The notes beneath the pieces were generated by a model. It searched no databases and was not told the DNA's origin. It saw only the letters and a program-made list of their open reading frames with translations. Below are positions 1-17,580 of a DNA stretch of 64,000 nt, one piece after another (the first letter of the stretch is position 1; each line of letters begins with the position of its first letter). The DNA is from the human T2T-CHM13v2.0 reference genome, Homo sapiens. The stretch is taken from NCBI RefSeq assembly GCF_009914755.1, contig NC_060933.1; one strand, written 5' to 3'. The position numbers and the translations under genes were made by a program.

Positions 1-358
1 ATTATTTTTCTCTTTCTGAGTCACTTGATCTTTTTTAGAAGATGCCCAAATTATCTTCTCTTTATTTTTGAAGTCTAATTGCTTTACCAGGGTATGGCTG
101 AGTGATGACTTTTCTATATCATTTTCCTCCATAACATGGTGCACTTTTTAAATCTGCAGATTTGATTCTTCTCTCATTTCAAAAAAATTATTTTGAATCA
201 TCATCCTAAATACTTACATGTTACATTTGTTTAGTCCTCTTCTATAGGCACATAAATCCATTTTTTTAAACAAATACACTTATAAGATTTACTGTTATCA
301 CAAGGTCACATTCCTGTAGAATATAGAAATATGTGTAGCTTTCAGTTTACTGTCTGCA

Positions 359-667
359 TTTTTTGTTTTTAAAGAGAAGAGGTCTTGCTCTGTCACCCAG
401 CCTGGAGAGCAGTAGTGTGATCATAGCTCGCTACAGTCTCTTAACTCCTGGGCTCAAGCAGTCCTCCCATCTCAGCCTCCTGAGTAGCTGGAACTATAGG
501 GGCATAACACCATGCTCAGCTAATATTTTTTAATTAAAAAAAAAATTTGTAGAGATGAAGTCTCATTTTGTTGCCCAGGCTGGTCTCAAGCTCCTGGCTT
601 CAAGCAATTCTTCTGCCTTGACCTCCCAAGGTGCTGGGATTACAGGTGTGACACAATACACCAAGCC
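359..667 (-). mobile_element. AluJ
   Basis: Alu dimer, J-type (gatcatagctc, gggctcaagc). Confidence 0.9.
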
Positions 668-742
668 AAGTCTGTGTTTTTCAAATTGCAGCCTGCAACT
701 CATGATGGGGTCATGAAATCTATTTAGTGGATTGTAATCTGC

Positions 743-1333
743 TGGATTGGTTTCCTACTGTTGCATAACAAATTATGACAAAGTGAGCAGCTTATAACAA
801 CACATATTTATCATCTCACAGTTTCTGTAGGTCAGGAATCTGCAAACAGCTTTGCTGGGTCTTTTGTTCAGGGTTTCATAGGGCTGCAATCAAGATGCCA
901 TCTGGGCTCCATTCTTATCTGGAGGCTCAACTGGGGAAGAATCCACTTCTAAGCTCATTCAGGCCTTTGACAGAATTTATTTCCTTGTGGCTGTATAGCT
1001 GAGGACTCCTGCCTTTTGTTGGTTGTTGGTGGGAGCCCACCCTTGGTCCTAGAGGCTGCCCACAGTTGCTGGAGGCCATCCATAGCTCCTTACCACATGG
1101 GCTTCCTCAACGTGGCACTCCATTTACTGAGCCAGCAAGGATGCTCTCTTACTCCAGTCTGATGACATAATATAGTCCTGGGAGTGGCACATGATCACCT
1201 TTGTCATGTCCTATTAACCCATAGGAGCATAAGTCACAGGTCCTGCCCAGAGTTGAGGGGAGGGGAGTATCCAAAGGTGTCAACACCAGCAGGTACAGTT
1301 CACTGGGGATCATCTTAGGGTCTTATCACCACA
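743..1333 (-). mobile_element. MLT1 (ERVL-MaLR) solo LTR
   Basis: Typical reverse-strand MLT1 text (ttgcataacaaattat...acagtttctgtaggtcaggaatc...gaatccacttctaagctcattc), ending accaca. Confidence 0.8.
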
Positions 1334-1436
1334 TCTATATTTAGAAAATCGAATAGGATTATATAGAAGATACCAGAATGTATCACATGTAATAGGAGTA
1401 TGTACTTCTAAATAAAAATTGTATTTAGTAATGTAA

Positions 1437-1438
<2 letters not shown>

Positions 1439-1468
<30 letters not shown>
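1439..1468. repeat. (TG)15 microsatellite
   Basis: Read directly. Confidence 0.95.
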
Positions 1469-1469
<1 letters not shown>

Positions 1470-2384
1470 TGAAAATGTATTTCTTACCAATGGTCTAGAG
1501 CAAAACAGTCTGAAAGCCCCTGACCTGGGAGGTTTTCTTGCAAACACTGAAGATAAGACTGCTTTTGAATTGTACATGCCCTGGTGCTGCCTGGCTTGCT
1601 GTCTCTGTTGAGTGTGCTTTCATGGCAACCAAGACGCGAACATTCTCCAGCCTGCTCTACTGTATTTCTGCTGGTAGTTGCAGTAGCCATCACAGTTCTT
1701 GAATTCTCAAAAGACTTAAATCAATGTCATATTACTTCCTCTAAAGTTTTCTCACCAGCTCCTCCCGTGATCTCCCATGCCATGCTGGATCTGCACACTG
1801 TAGGGAGTGCCTTCTCACTTGTGCCTTTTCCCTGCTCCCCAGCTGTGTACAAGGTCTGGTCCTGTTGTGTGCTCAGGTTTACGAGTTTCCCCTGCCCTTG
1901 GCAGCCCTGCTTCGAGCATATTGAAGTTGGGCATTAGAGATGTTCTCTTATTAACACCAAGATTGCCATTTCTGTTCTTAGTCTCCTTGTCATTTTCTTA
2001 TGGTTTAAGAGAAAAGAGGGGTCTGAGAAGTCCTTACTTTGCCATATTTAAGTCCTGCTCACCTGAGGCAGCTCTGAGGCTTTGAAACAGGCCCCACTAT
2101 CCTCCCACTGCCTCTGAAGCCTCCCTGAGGCCACTCCCACAGGCAGTGAGGCCTGTATATGCCACATCCTCAATGTCTTCCCTGCCTTCTTGGATGGTGG
2201 CCACTTCAGGATAGGGAGCTCAGCTGGGAATGGGCACAACCTTGACTGCCCTACCAAGACTCCTATTTCTTCTGCAATTTGGCTACATTTTGTGTCAGAG
2301 ATGTTTATTGCTGTGGGATTGAGCCCATGGGTTTTGGACTCAGTTTCCTGTGGCCTGCCACGGGGCGCCTTCGTTTCCACCTGA

Positions 2385-2778
<394 letters not shown>

Positions 2779-3384
2779 TTTTGTTCTCATTTTTCTTCCC
2801 TTCTGTTAGGTTTCTATCTATTCAGGAGAATTATTAGATCTTTGTGATTTTAATAATTTTGCCTTTATTTTCCCCCCACCTTGAAGAAACGAAAGTGGTG
2901 AGTTCAGAAGATCCCAATTACCTCTCCCTATACCTGTCCCTGCAGTCAGAGTGAAGGGTGTCTCCTTTCTAAGGTTTTCTTTGTATCTTCCCTCGTCTCC
3001 CTCCCTTTCTCAATAACGTGTGTTGGCAAGAATCAATGTCATTACTTCCTCTAAAGTTTTAAATATCAGTGAAAATTCTCAAGATTTTGTTCACCCACTT
3101 CTTTCCCCTTATTTGGGGGAGTGTTCTGAGGCTAGATACTTCTGCAAACCAAGTCAGGCTGTTCTGCTTCTTTCTTTCTGTGAGCACCACTCTGCAGAGG
3201 TCATGGCCATAAAGTCTCCTTTCTCATCATTGGCTGAGGAATGAGAGCTCATGTGTGTGCACATGCGTGTGTGTGCTTCTTGTTTCTTTTCTCTGTTGTT
3301 CATTTTGTCAGATGTTGTAGAGATAACCCTACAACCATCTCTCAGCCTTCTTTTTCTGGAAGTTGTAGATGTGATTTTCTAGAT

Positions 3385-3443
3385 TATATATATATATATA
3401 TTTATATATATTTTTATATATTTATATATATATAATATATATA
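3385..3443. repeat. Imperfect (TA)n microsatellite
   Basis: Read directly. Confidence 0.9.
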
Positions 3444-3733
3444 TTGTTTTGAGACAGAGTTTCACTCTTGTCACCCAGGCTGGAGTGCAAAGGCACGATC
3501 TGGGCTCACTGCAACCTCCGACTCCTGGGTTCAAGTGATTATCCTGCCTCAACCTCCTGAGTAGCTGGGATTACAGGCACACGCCACCATGCCCAGCTAA
3601 TTTTTGTATTTTTAGTAGAGATGAGGTTTCACCATGTTGGCCAGGCTGGTCTTGAACTCCTGACCTCAGGTGATCCACCTGCCTCGGCCTCCCAAAGTAC
3701 TGGGATTACAGGCATAAGCCACCACACCCAGCC
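3444..3733 (-). mobile_element. AluS with (TA)n-derived tail
   Basis: Alu dimer. Confidence 0.92.
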
Positions 3734-3968
3734 AATAGTATAATATTTTTAAGGAGTTATTTTCTTTTCTAAAAGTGCCACAGTCCCATCCTTGCCTGTG
3801 GAAGTGTCTCAGCACACCACCACATGCATAACCTAAAACTAGCTATGCCCTGGAAGACTCTCTCTTTCATGCCCAAGTTGAAAACAGTGCAACACTAGGT
3901 GTGATGCAGTCTTTCTTGATTTCTTCTCCTTTGGCTGTCTCTCCCATCATCTGTGCTTCAGCGCTTAC

Positions 3969-3975
3969 CATTTTC
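3969..3975 (-). other. Candidate 7-nt microexon GAAAATG of an unidentified minus-strand transcript
   Basis: cttttccactttccttttag|GAAAATG|gtaagc in unique sequence; TGCATG about 140 nt downstream. Confidence 0.5.
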
Positions 3976-5222
3976 CTAAAAGGAAAGTGGAAAAGCTCAG
4001 TTATGCAAATAAATGCAGCACAGACTGATGCTACAGTCAAATTCAGTTAGCATTACTTCAGGGGAACAAAATCAGTTTTAGGTAACAAACAAACAAAACT
4101 TCCAGGAAGAGAATGAGCTAGTTAACAAACAAGCAAATAAATTGTTTGTGGCACAATAACTTTAATCTTGTGAGCACCTGCCTCCACATTTTGCTGTCCA
4201 AATAAAGTCAGATTTGATTTGCTTCTTGAGGTGACCTAGCTGTTCATTTTAAACATCTCAATGTAGTGGCCATCAGGAACAGCTGCAGCTTTGCTGGTGG
4301 GTCTTAGCAAGAAAGGGCCTTAATGCTCACAAACCCACCATTTCAAGAAAGAAAAAGATAAAACACAAACAAAACCACAGCTGTAAGAGAGCTACATTTG
4401 TGGAATGATAAGGAAACAGCTTTTCTGGAACTTAGCCACTGCAGGACTCTGAGGGATGAGGTGAACAAGCTGAACAGGAATCCAATGTTTTCCCGGGTGA
4501 CAAGTGTGTGAGGTTGCTATAGGCAAGGAGATTGCATGAGTTCCAATGATTAAGCTAAGCTTTCATTTCGATTTGTGCAAAATGAGTAAAAATTAATAAG
4601 CACAGGGTGTTCTCATGAAGCTGACGTTGAAACATAAAAGTAGGTGTGCTGCATACTTCACACCACAGCAAACCCTCCCTTTTTGAGTTATTAGGTTTTG
4701 GGGACATGGGGTGATGCTCTGAGACACTCAGTGATTGCTTTCAGAAACCAGATTCTAATGAGTATTTTTACTAGTATCAAGTCATTATTCATTCTGCAAA
4801 TATTTTTGCCATATAATAAATAAGTCACTGTTCAAGTGATAGATAACTATGCAGATGACAGGACACCATATGGTGGTTACAAAACAGAATTTAAAATCTT
4901 AAAGGACAAAACACTCATATTCATTTGCAGCAATTAATTAGGGGACGGATGGAGACCATCTGCTGTGACTCACTAGTCCCCCAAGGACACATACACAATG
5001 GTAAGTTTCACATTGGTTTATCTTGGTTCCCATAGTCCAAGCAGGAAAATTATACTTTCCATAGTTTTCTGATTCCCTAGTAAGGTTACAGCAATGTTTT
5101 CACTACTCTTCTGTGTGGTCATTCAGTAACTTAGGCTTCTTTTGGAATGTAGATCCACCCATCCCTAGGGTTTACTTTTCTCTGGTATCCAGGTGGCAGA
5201 GGAGAAACAGTCTGGAGAGGGA

Positions 5223-6160
<938 letters not shown>

Positions 6161-6256
6161 ATCTCAGATGGAATCACAAAGCAAAACCTAATGTATATGT
6201 AATATGTAAAAGACAGATCTAAAATAAACTAACTGAAACACTAAAATAAAAGATGG

Positions 6257-8120
<1,864 letters not shown>

Positions 8121-8765
8121 CTATCTATTGATCTTCATCTATCTATTATTGCTATTATTGTTACTCTACTATCATATAATCTTTTTAATCATCTATCTGT
8201 CTATCCAATAATAATAAAAATAGTAACAGGCAGCACTTACATACTATTTCCTTTTCTGCAGAGGTAGAAGCTTTCTTGAGAAGTCATTTAGGCTGTGTTC
8301 TAGGAGTTGTTCTTAGAAGCCTAACAATTTTTAAATCCCTCCATTAAATCCTTTTCTGTTTAAAATGCCTGGAGCAGTTTTTCTTTGTGCCCTGAACCTT
8401 GAAAGATACAACTTTTAAGGGAAAGCAAAAGGTCATTTCTATTGAGTGCTATAATTTATGAACGAAAGACGCTCATATACTGGAATGCACTGTCACTATC
8501 TCTGGAAGGATGCAGCAGAAACTTATATCCAAGGTTGCTACTTGAGGGGACGGAGGGGCCTGGACCTGGGGGTAGTAATATTTTCCTTTCACATGGACCC
8601 TTTTTTATTTTTAATTTTATAGCATGTATGTACATTACCTATTTAAATAGCTAAATTTGGTAAGGTGACGTATGTAACTGAGCAAACATTTTATAGAAAG
8701 TATAAAGCAAAGAAGACATAGCATGAAACAGATAAACAAAGAATCTATTATGAAAAAAAGCATAA

Positions 8766-9108
<343 letters not shown>

Positions 9109-9189
9109 CTACAGGAGAACTGCTGAACTTGAACTGGTAATATAAGTATTAATTTATGATGTATTTTTTTCCTTAAGAAACAAAAATAA

Positions 9190-9800
9190 CTCAACTTAGG
9201 TCCTGTTTCTGTCTGCTGATAAATAGAGAACCACTGACCAACCCTGAAGCTAGAAGCAGCCCTTGCCCCAGACTGTGGTCTCTGTGGCCATTGCTCACTT
9301 GAATGAACAAGGGCTCCTTGGAAAGATGGCTGATTCCTGGTCAGGGGCAGAAATGACCTGAAACATCTAGCCAACCACATAACAAAGAAGTAAAGTGGCA
9401 TCCGAAGGCCTCAGGAGCCAACCTAAAAACCTCCCACTGATAAATGGTGGAACAATTTGATGCTCAATAATCACAATTGATTGAAGCACATCAAATATGT
9501 TTAAACATATTGGTTTATAATAATACTAAATACATAATAATATTAAATACACCCAACTCCTTTCCCTCTCAAGGAAAAAAAGATAAAGAAAGTACATTGG
9601 CTCCTTGGTCACATCTGGAGGATGCTAATGGGGGAATAAATAAGATTTTCAAGCTCTCTTCTCATCTTTCCTTTACAAATTGAAGTAGATAAGGAAAAGT
9701 TAGTGTTTCAGATAATTGAAGATAAAGGCTGATACAATTATAATACCACTATTTTGCAATTTCTACTGAATTAACAGATATAAGCTCTGTGCATCACTGG
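9190..9800 (+). mobile_element. L1MC/ME-like 3' fragment
   Basis: agggctccttggaaagatggctgattcc...ggagccaacctaaaaacctcccactg. Confidence 0.6.
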
Positions 9801-9815
9801 CTGCTGACATCACTA

Positions 9816-10141
<326 letters not shown>

Positions 10142-10523
10142 AATATTGCCAGACAATAAAAGTCTTCTGACGGAAGAGAGCAGCATCTGTGAGGTGGGAC
10201 TCCCAAATAACCACACTTGAATCCAATCAAGTTCCTAGTAACAATATTAATCTAGCAGAAATATGAGGAGGAGCAAAGGGAAACATTAAACATGATCAAG
10301 AGACAAATCTCACTTTTTAATGTTAATGTAAATATTAATGTAAATCCTTAATATTAATAAATAGAGCTTATTAAGTGCATTATAAAATCATAAACCTCAG
10401 ACAAGTTTAAGGTCATCTCAGTCACCATGAAGATGGTGTAATATCAGGAAATCAACCAGTATAATTAATCATATTAAAAATCGATTAAAAAAAACTGTAT
10501 GATCACATAAAAATTCATGCTTA

Positions 10524-10875
<352 letters not shown>

Positions 10876-10893
10876 TCAATAATTCAATAAGAC

Positions 10894-10917
10894 GTGTGTG
10901 TGTGTGTGTGTGTGTGT
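10894..10917. repeat. (GT)12 microsatellite
   Basis: Read directly. Confidence 0.9.
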
Positions 10918-11164
10918 ATGTATCACTTAGTGATAAAATATGCCATTAAAATCAGGCATATGTGGTTGTGTGTTATCTCCATTACTTAGTTGTATTCTCA
11001 TTATTAAATTGTTTTGCCTGTTATTAGACAAAATAAAGAAGGTATAAATATAGGACAGAAGGAGGCAAATTATCATTTTTAGATGATATATGCCTGGAAA
11101 ATCTAAAAGAATCAAAATTTTATCATAAGGAAAAAAGAACTCAGCGAGATGGCTGGAGAATCAT

Positions 11165-11395
11165 CATCATCATAATGACAGCTCACTCTCTCCAGGCATT
11201 GTGCTGAGTGTTTCTCACACATGAGCTAGTTTCATTCTCATAACAATCCTGAGAGGCACACATTACTGTTATCCCCATTGTAAAGATGAGGGAACTGAGG
11301 CACAAAGAAGCTAGTAATTTGTCCAGGTCAAAAGCTGGTAAGTGGTAGGGCCAATATCCAGAAGCAACGGTGCTCAGAATTTCATATAATAACCA
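11165..11395 (-). mobile_element. MIR SINE
   Basis: Core atccccattgtaaagatgagggaactgaggcaca. Confidence 0.8.
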
Positions 11396-12008
11396 CTTTT
11401 TTAAATTTCCCATTGATAATAACAACCTAATTAAAAATATGTAGAAATACACATAGCAAGAAATGAAGACCACCTGTATGATTAAAACTTTAAAAGACAA
11501 AAATATAAAATGAAAAACTAAAAAAGATGAACAGCAGAGTTGCTGAATTCCTGGTAAACGCTCACCTTCTTGGTTGTCTAGACCAGCGATTTCCAAACCC
11601 ATGGAGGGAGCCATCAGACCTACCATTTGGATTCAGAGTTTATGCCCCCTTGTCACAAGGGGGCGGCAGGGGCATCTGAGAAATAAGCAGAAATTCCGTA
11701 ATGAGAGCGCCCCCTACACTCAATTATTACTCATGAACTTCTGCCCACATCCAATTAAGTGAATTTATAGGTGTTATTATTAAGTTGAAAGTCTTTTAAT
11801 TGAGAAGTATCGTAATTATACAGGGAACAACCAAGAAAGTCTTTGGCATTCATGGTAATTTATAGATCATCTCATAATAAAATATTTAAACCAGAGTTTT
11901 TAACTTAAACATTACAACCAAAGTGTGCTAATGTTGTTAAACTTTTCTATAAATAGAAATGTCTTAGTAATTTGTTGCCTGGAATATATTTTCAAAAAAT
12001 GAACAGAC

Positions 12009-12348
<340 letters not shown>

Positions 12349-13252
12349 TTAGATTCTAACAAGGAGAAAAAAATGAACTTTTTTGAAAGAGAGATGAGAA
12401 AATTCTGTCATTGTGAAATTTCTTATAACACACTTAAAAATTGAGGAATAGAGTTTTTTTAATGTTTTGAAATCTTCCCAATGAAGAACCCACTTCATAA
12501 AACATAAAAAGTAAAACCTCTTCTAATCGATTTGCACGGCCGCCTGAACTGCATCAGGAAAGATGAGCCTGATTCCCTTCAGATCTCTGCAAAGCCAGCA
12601 GGTGGACCTGGACTCTGGGATGCACAGCTGGCAAGGGCAGCACAGCCACAGGCTTCTGTCTGGATTCTTGTGTTTCAAAGAAGCCTTTGCAACAGTGATG
12701 GAGATAGAAACCAGGCATCAAAATAAACGGAATCTAGAGCCAGAACTTCACAAAAGAATTTGTATCAAAAGATTCAAGCTCAATTTTTCAAAAATAACAA
12801 TACACATCCAATCACATTACTGTATTAGAATAATGTTTTCTAGTGAAAGTAAAATAAGTTTTTATATCATTAGATATAATGCATTTTTAAATAATGCTTA
12901 TTTCATCTCCAATTTATCCCTTTTAATTTCTATTTTTGCATATGTTAGAATGAACACAGTGTTATAATGTAATGGTATACTTAAAATATTTTAAGGATAT
13001 ATATATATAAACCCATGATAAATATAAACAAACATACTGGGTGCATACTAGCCTATTTAAGAAACTGTTTAGGGCACATGTTAGAATCTGGAGACATCTA
13101 TGTTGACTTTCCTTACTTAATAATTGATGATCAAATAATCTCCTTTGGCTGCACAGCAGCCAGAAGATTGATTGTTCATAAGTCTTCCCCTGCTGAGACT
13201 TTTAAGTGTTATTTGCTGGTTCAGTTGATAAAAACAAAGTAGGCATTTTGCT

Positions 13253-13282
13253 CACACACACAAACACACACACACACACACA
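13253..13282. repeat. Imperfect (CA)n microsatellite
   Basis: Read directly. Confidence 0.9.
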
Positions 13283-13659
13283 AAGTCAACATAATCTTTG
13301 CTGAGACATTTGCATTTGATAATTAAAAAAATCAAACTAATCTAATCTCAGTTTTCCCAACTAAGATTCTTCTTTTCAATTCTGCATTTATGGGTTATAA
13401 AACCAATTTCTTGATAGTTTATTTTTCTGAAAATAATTGGATTCCTATACATGGCCATCTGACATTAGATATTATTATTATTATTGTTGTTGACATTTTG
13501 CTTCTTTGCCTTTGCAGTAGGTCACTAAAGAAGCAGTTCCTTGAAAAACTGAATTTCTATTGTCTCTGTCAGAAAAAAATCATTCATTAGCAGGAGAAGA
13601 ACAGCAAGAGATCAATCACATAATCTGTAAGTACTTTCTGGAAAGAAACAGTTTAATTT

Positions 13660-13825
13660 ATGGTTCTCAACCTCAGTGACACGCTGCAATCACCAGGGCT
13701 CTTTAAAACATCCTGATCCCCTGCTTTCCCTCCAATCCCAGGGGTCTGAGGACATTGGTTTGGACATCGGGGGTTTTCAAAGCTCCCCCAGTTAAATAAA
13801 TGGGAACAATAGCCTGAGAACCTGT
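13660..13825. mobile_element. MER5B-like hAT element
   Basis: tggttctcaacc...aatcaccagggctctttaaaa...tgagaacc termini. Confidence 0.6.
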
Positions 13826-14617
13826 TGACACAACTGTAATCATGGTAGCAAAGGTATTGATGGCTGAAGGGGAAACTGCACCTATCTGCGTGGGAACAGT
13901 CACTGTGGGAGCAGAGGGTCCCACCCACTGCCAATGGCCCCATCTGCCTGGCACCTCTCAGCACAAGCATCAGTTTAACTTTGTTCCTACCATGTTTTTC
14001 AGTTGTATTTTAAAAATCTTGATTCTAAGTTCTTCCCAGGGTTTAAAACCATTGTTCAGGGTTTGTTTTTTAATGAAATATCATGAAATGCTTTCATGAT
14101 GTTCCAAAGTCATAAAAAAGGGAACTGTGTGTTAGATACGTACAGATCCTTGTTAATAGAAAAAGAACAAAAGATCTATTGCCTTCATCTTCCTAAAAAT
14201 AGTAAGCAGTTAAGGCTTTGGAAATGCAGATGGAAATGAGAAAGAAAACATGTGGCTAATGAACACAGGTGCTTTGAATCACTTTAATTTTGGAACAGAA
14301 TTGAACAGAGGAAGGGGATGCAAAAAAGAATCAGGATCTTGACAAGCTGTGTGATTTATCCACTTTCATGTTTTTAGCTAATAAAGCAAACAATTTAGAA
14401 AACTGTCACATTCTTGGAGTCTTATAACTTGGACATTCTTTTAAATTGGATGTCTAGTGAGAAGGTCTAGCATGGCGGATGCTGCGGCTACTGGTCCAGG
14501 AAGCACATTTTGAGAACCACTCAGCTAGAAGATTATTGCATTCATCCAGGTGAGAGAAGATGAATCTGAAATAAGGCAATGGTGAAAGAGGCAGGACAAA
14601 TCTGAGAAATATTTAGG

Positions 14618-14656
14618 AGTATTATTACAATTCTCCAAAGAAACAGAACAAATAGA

Positions 14657-14698
<42 letters not shown>

Positions 14699-15157
14699 AT
14701 TTATTATGAGGAATTGGCTCACAGGATTATGGAGGCTGAGAAGACTCATGGTCTACTGCCTGCAAGCTGGAGACTCAGGAAAGTTGATGGTGTACTTCAA
14801 AGGCCTGAGGGCGTGAAAGCCAGTGATGTAGATTCGTAGATTCCAGTCTAAGTTTGAGGGCCTGAGAACCTGGAGCACTGAAGGCAGGAAAAAATCAATG
14901 GCCCAGCTTCAACAGCCAGGCAGAGTGAATTCAACCCTCTTCCACCTTTTTTGTTCTATTTAGGCCTTCAACAGATTGGACGCTGCCCACCCACATCGGG
15001 GAGGGCCACCTGCTTTTCTCAGTCCACGAATTCAAATGCTGCTGTCTTCCAGAAACACCTTCACAGACACATCCATTATATATTAAATACAATGTGTTGC
15101 TAAATATCTGGGCATCCTGTGGCCCAATCAAGTTGACACACAGAATTCACCACTACA
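14618..15157 (-). mobile_element. MLT2 (ERVL) solo LTR with internal (TG)18
   Basis: gaggaattggctcacaggattatggaggctgagaag...caagttgacacacagaattcaccactaca. Confidence 0.85.
14658..14694. repeat. (TG)18 microsatellite
   Basis: Read directly. Confidence 0.95.
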
Positions 15158-15159
15158 GG

Positions 15160-15880
15160 AGTCAGGGTTAAAATGATTGGATGATTATCTTGAGATCAGC
15201 GGGTCAGCTCCCAGGTTTTGAAATTGAGTGACACGGTAGGAAATGCCCAAACCAGGTATCTCAGGAAACACAGGATAAGTTTGATGAAGAGAAGACAGAG
15301 CTTCTGCTTTGGGCACATAAAGTTAAGATGCAAATCGTGGTTTGGGTTTTTATTGTAGAAACCCAGGCAGCAGTTTGGAAGATTGGTCTGGAGTACTAAA
15401 GAGAGATTTATCTAGAGAGAGACTTGACAATCATTGGCATTTGGGCTGGGTGAATCCACAGATCCTTTAAGGAGAACGATGTGAGAGACTGGGAGAAGGA
15501 GAGAAATCTGAACATTCAAGTCACTGAGAACGAAGTGGCAGTGGAGAGAAGAGCAGCAATCACAGAAATGGAGCAATGAGGAAGGAAGGAGGGGATGGCA
15601 TCTGTGCCAAAAGTCAGCGGGAGGGCATGCAGGAGAAGGATGGGAAGTGTCTACAACTCTCATGATTCTGGGTAAAACTGGAGTCCTGTGTTCTAGTAGT
15701 CTCAATAGAGGGAAGAAGGTGGAAGCTAGATTTTAAATGGGGTTGAGCCAGAAGGGAAGTTAGGAGGGAAATGAAGCTATTTTTAGAAATTTGGCTATGA
15801 AGAAGACTTGAGGTGGATAGCTCTCTATCTTTTAAGGTGAAAATCATGCAATTTTGTTTATATCTCGAGAGAAAGAGGCT
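15160..15880. mobile_element. L2 LINE fragments
   Basis: Purine-rich, degenerate L2-like text. Confidence 0.45.
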
Positions 15881-16114
15881 GTGAGTGTTGCTGGAGGGCT
15901 CAGGAAGGTCTCTGGATGCCAGTGAGACCCCAGCCCCAGCCGGTTTTCCAGGTTCTTGACAGCATCACAAGAACGAATTCAGGGGGGAGTCGAGTCAGAA
16001 TGAAGCGCAAGGCGAGAAGCTTCCATTGCAAAGCGAAAGTGTGTTCTTGAGAGGAGCGTAGCCATGCCCGTGAGAACAAGTCAGGCACAACGGAGGCTGG
16101 GTTTCTTATTTTAG

Positions 16115-16534
<420 letters not shown>

Positions 16535-17164
16535 CGGATGTTTCTTTAATAAGGGGGTGGAATGCTCATTAGGTATTCTGGAAAAGGAGGGGATTTCAGG
16601 GACTCCTCCCCCCTCCTGTTATTGCCTCCTTTCTCCCTTATTTGGGTTTACCTGGAAGAGTCATGGACATGTCACCCTGACCAGGGTTTTGGTCATTTTC
16701 TCTGCCTTATTTTGGGCTTTCTCTACCCTGTGGATTATTTGCCTAGCCCCTGCTTCAGGGGTTCTTTGGGTTTGTCCATACTCCTGCAACTACCCGTGCT
16801 ATTCCTATCTCCTTAGAGGAGGAGAGATTGACGATATCGAAGAGAAATTACTCTGCTCTGTGGATCTCATTGGCACAGGTTCCTGCTGAAGTCTGAGGGG
16901 AAAAGGGGATTCTGGAAGGCGGGGAAATGGATGGATCCTGTGGAGAGGCCAGACAGCTTCCGAGCAGCTGAGAAAGAAGGAAGTCAGCCAAGGTCTGAAA
17001 GAAGAGAGATAGATGCTGGAGAGCATTTAAATGAAAAGAATTTAACCAGAAGTATCGGCAGAAGTAAAAGAAAAGCCATGTTGGGGGAACCTAAAGATTA
17101 GCCACAAAGGTTAAGGGAAAGGAGGGAGGAGAGGAGACGTTACTGCAGCCTGTGAAGGCCAGAG

Positions 17165-17580
17165 CAAGAGGCGTGGCCGTGGAAAGTGCAGGAAGTATGG
17201 CTATGGAGAGTGCTGGGGTGTGGCTGTGGTGGGTGCAGGAAGCGTGGCTGTGGAGCGGGTGTGGTTATGGACGGAGTGTGGCTGTGGAGGGGGTGTGACT
17301 GTGGAGGGTGCTGAGTGTGGCTGTGGTGGGTGCTGGGGGTGTGGCTGTGGTAGGGGAGGTGTGGCTATTGGATAGTCACAGCTGTGGTGGGTGCAGGGGG
17401 CAAGGCTGTGGTGTAGGAAGTGTAGTGTGGCTATTGAATGGGGTGTATAGCAGTGGTGAATACAGGAGGCATGGCCTTGGTGGGTACAGGAGGCATGGCT
17501 ATAACACAGGAGGCATGGCCTTGGTGGGTGCAGGAAGCATAGCTGTGATGCAAGAAGCATGGCCTTGGTGAGTGCTGGAG
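17165..17580. repeat. Degenerate G-rich minisatellite (~18-24 bp unit)
   Basis: Recurrent gtgtggctgtgg-tgggtgcaggag units, drifting to gcatggccttgg-tgggtacaggag. Confidence 0.8.

Larger units (their letters stand above)
672..1520. mobile_element. hAT/Charlie-type non-autonomous DNA transposon remnant split by the MLT1 LTR
   Basis: ggtcatgaaatctatttagtgg (709-730) resumes after 1333 through a (TG)n to aaaatgtatttcttac...tgaaagcccctg. Confidence 0.55.

Noticed and set aside
8241-8255. Possible 15-nt minus-strand microexon
   Set aside because: It sits at a junction of MIR-like and LTR-like fragments, with a weaker donor (TAT|gt); likely chance.
17165-17580. Repeat array as CRISPR-like or coding repeat
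   Set aside because: Degenerate tandem units without unique spacers, in a primate genome; a minisatellite.
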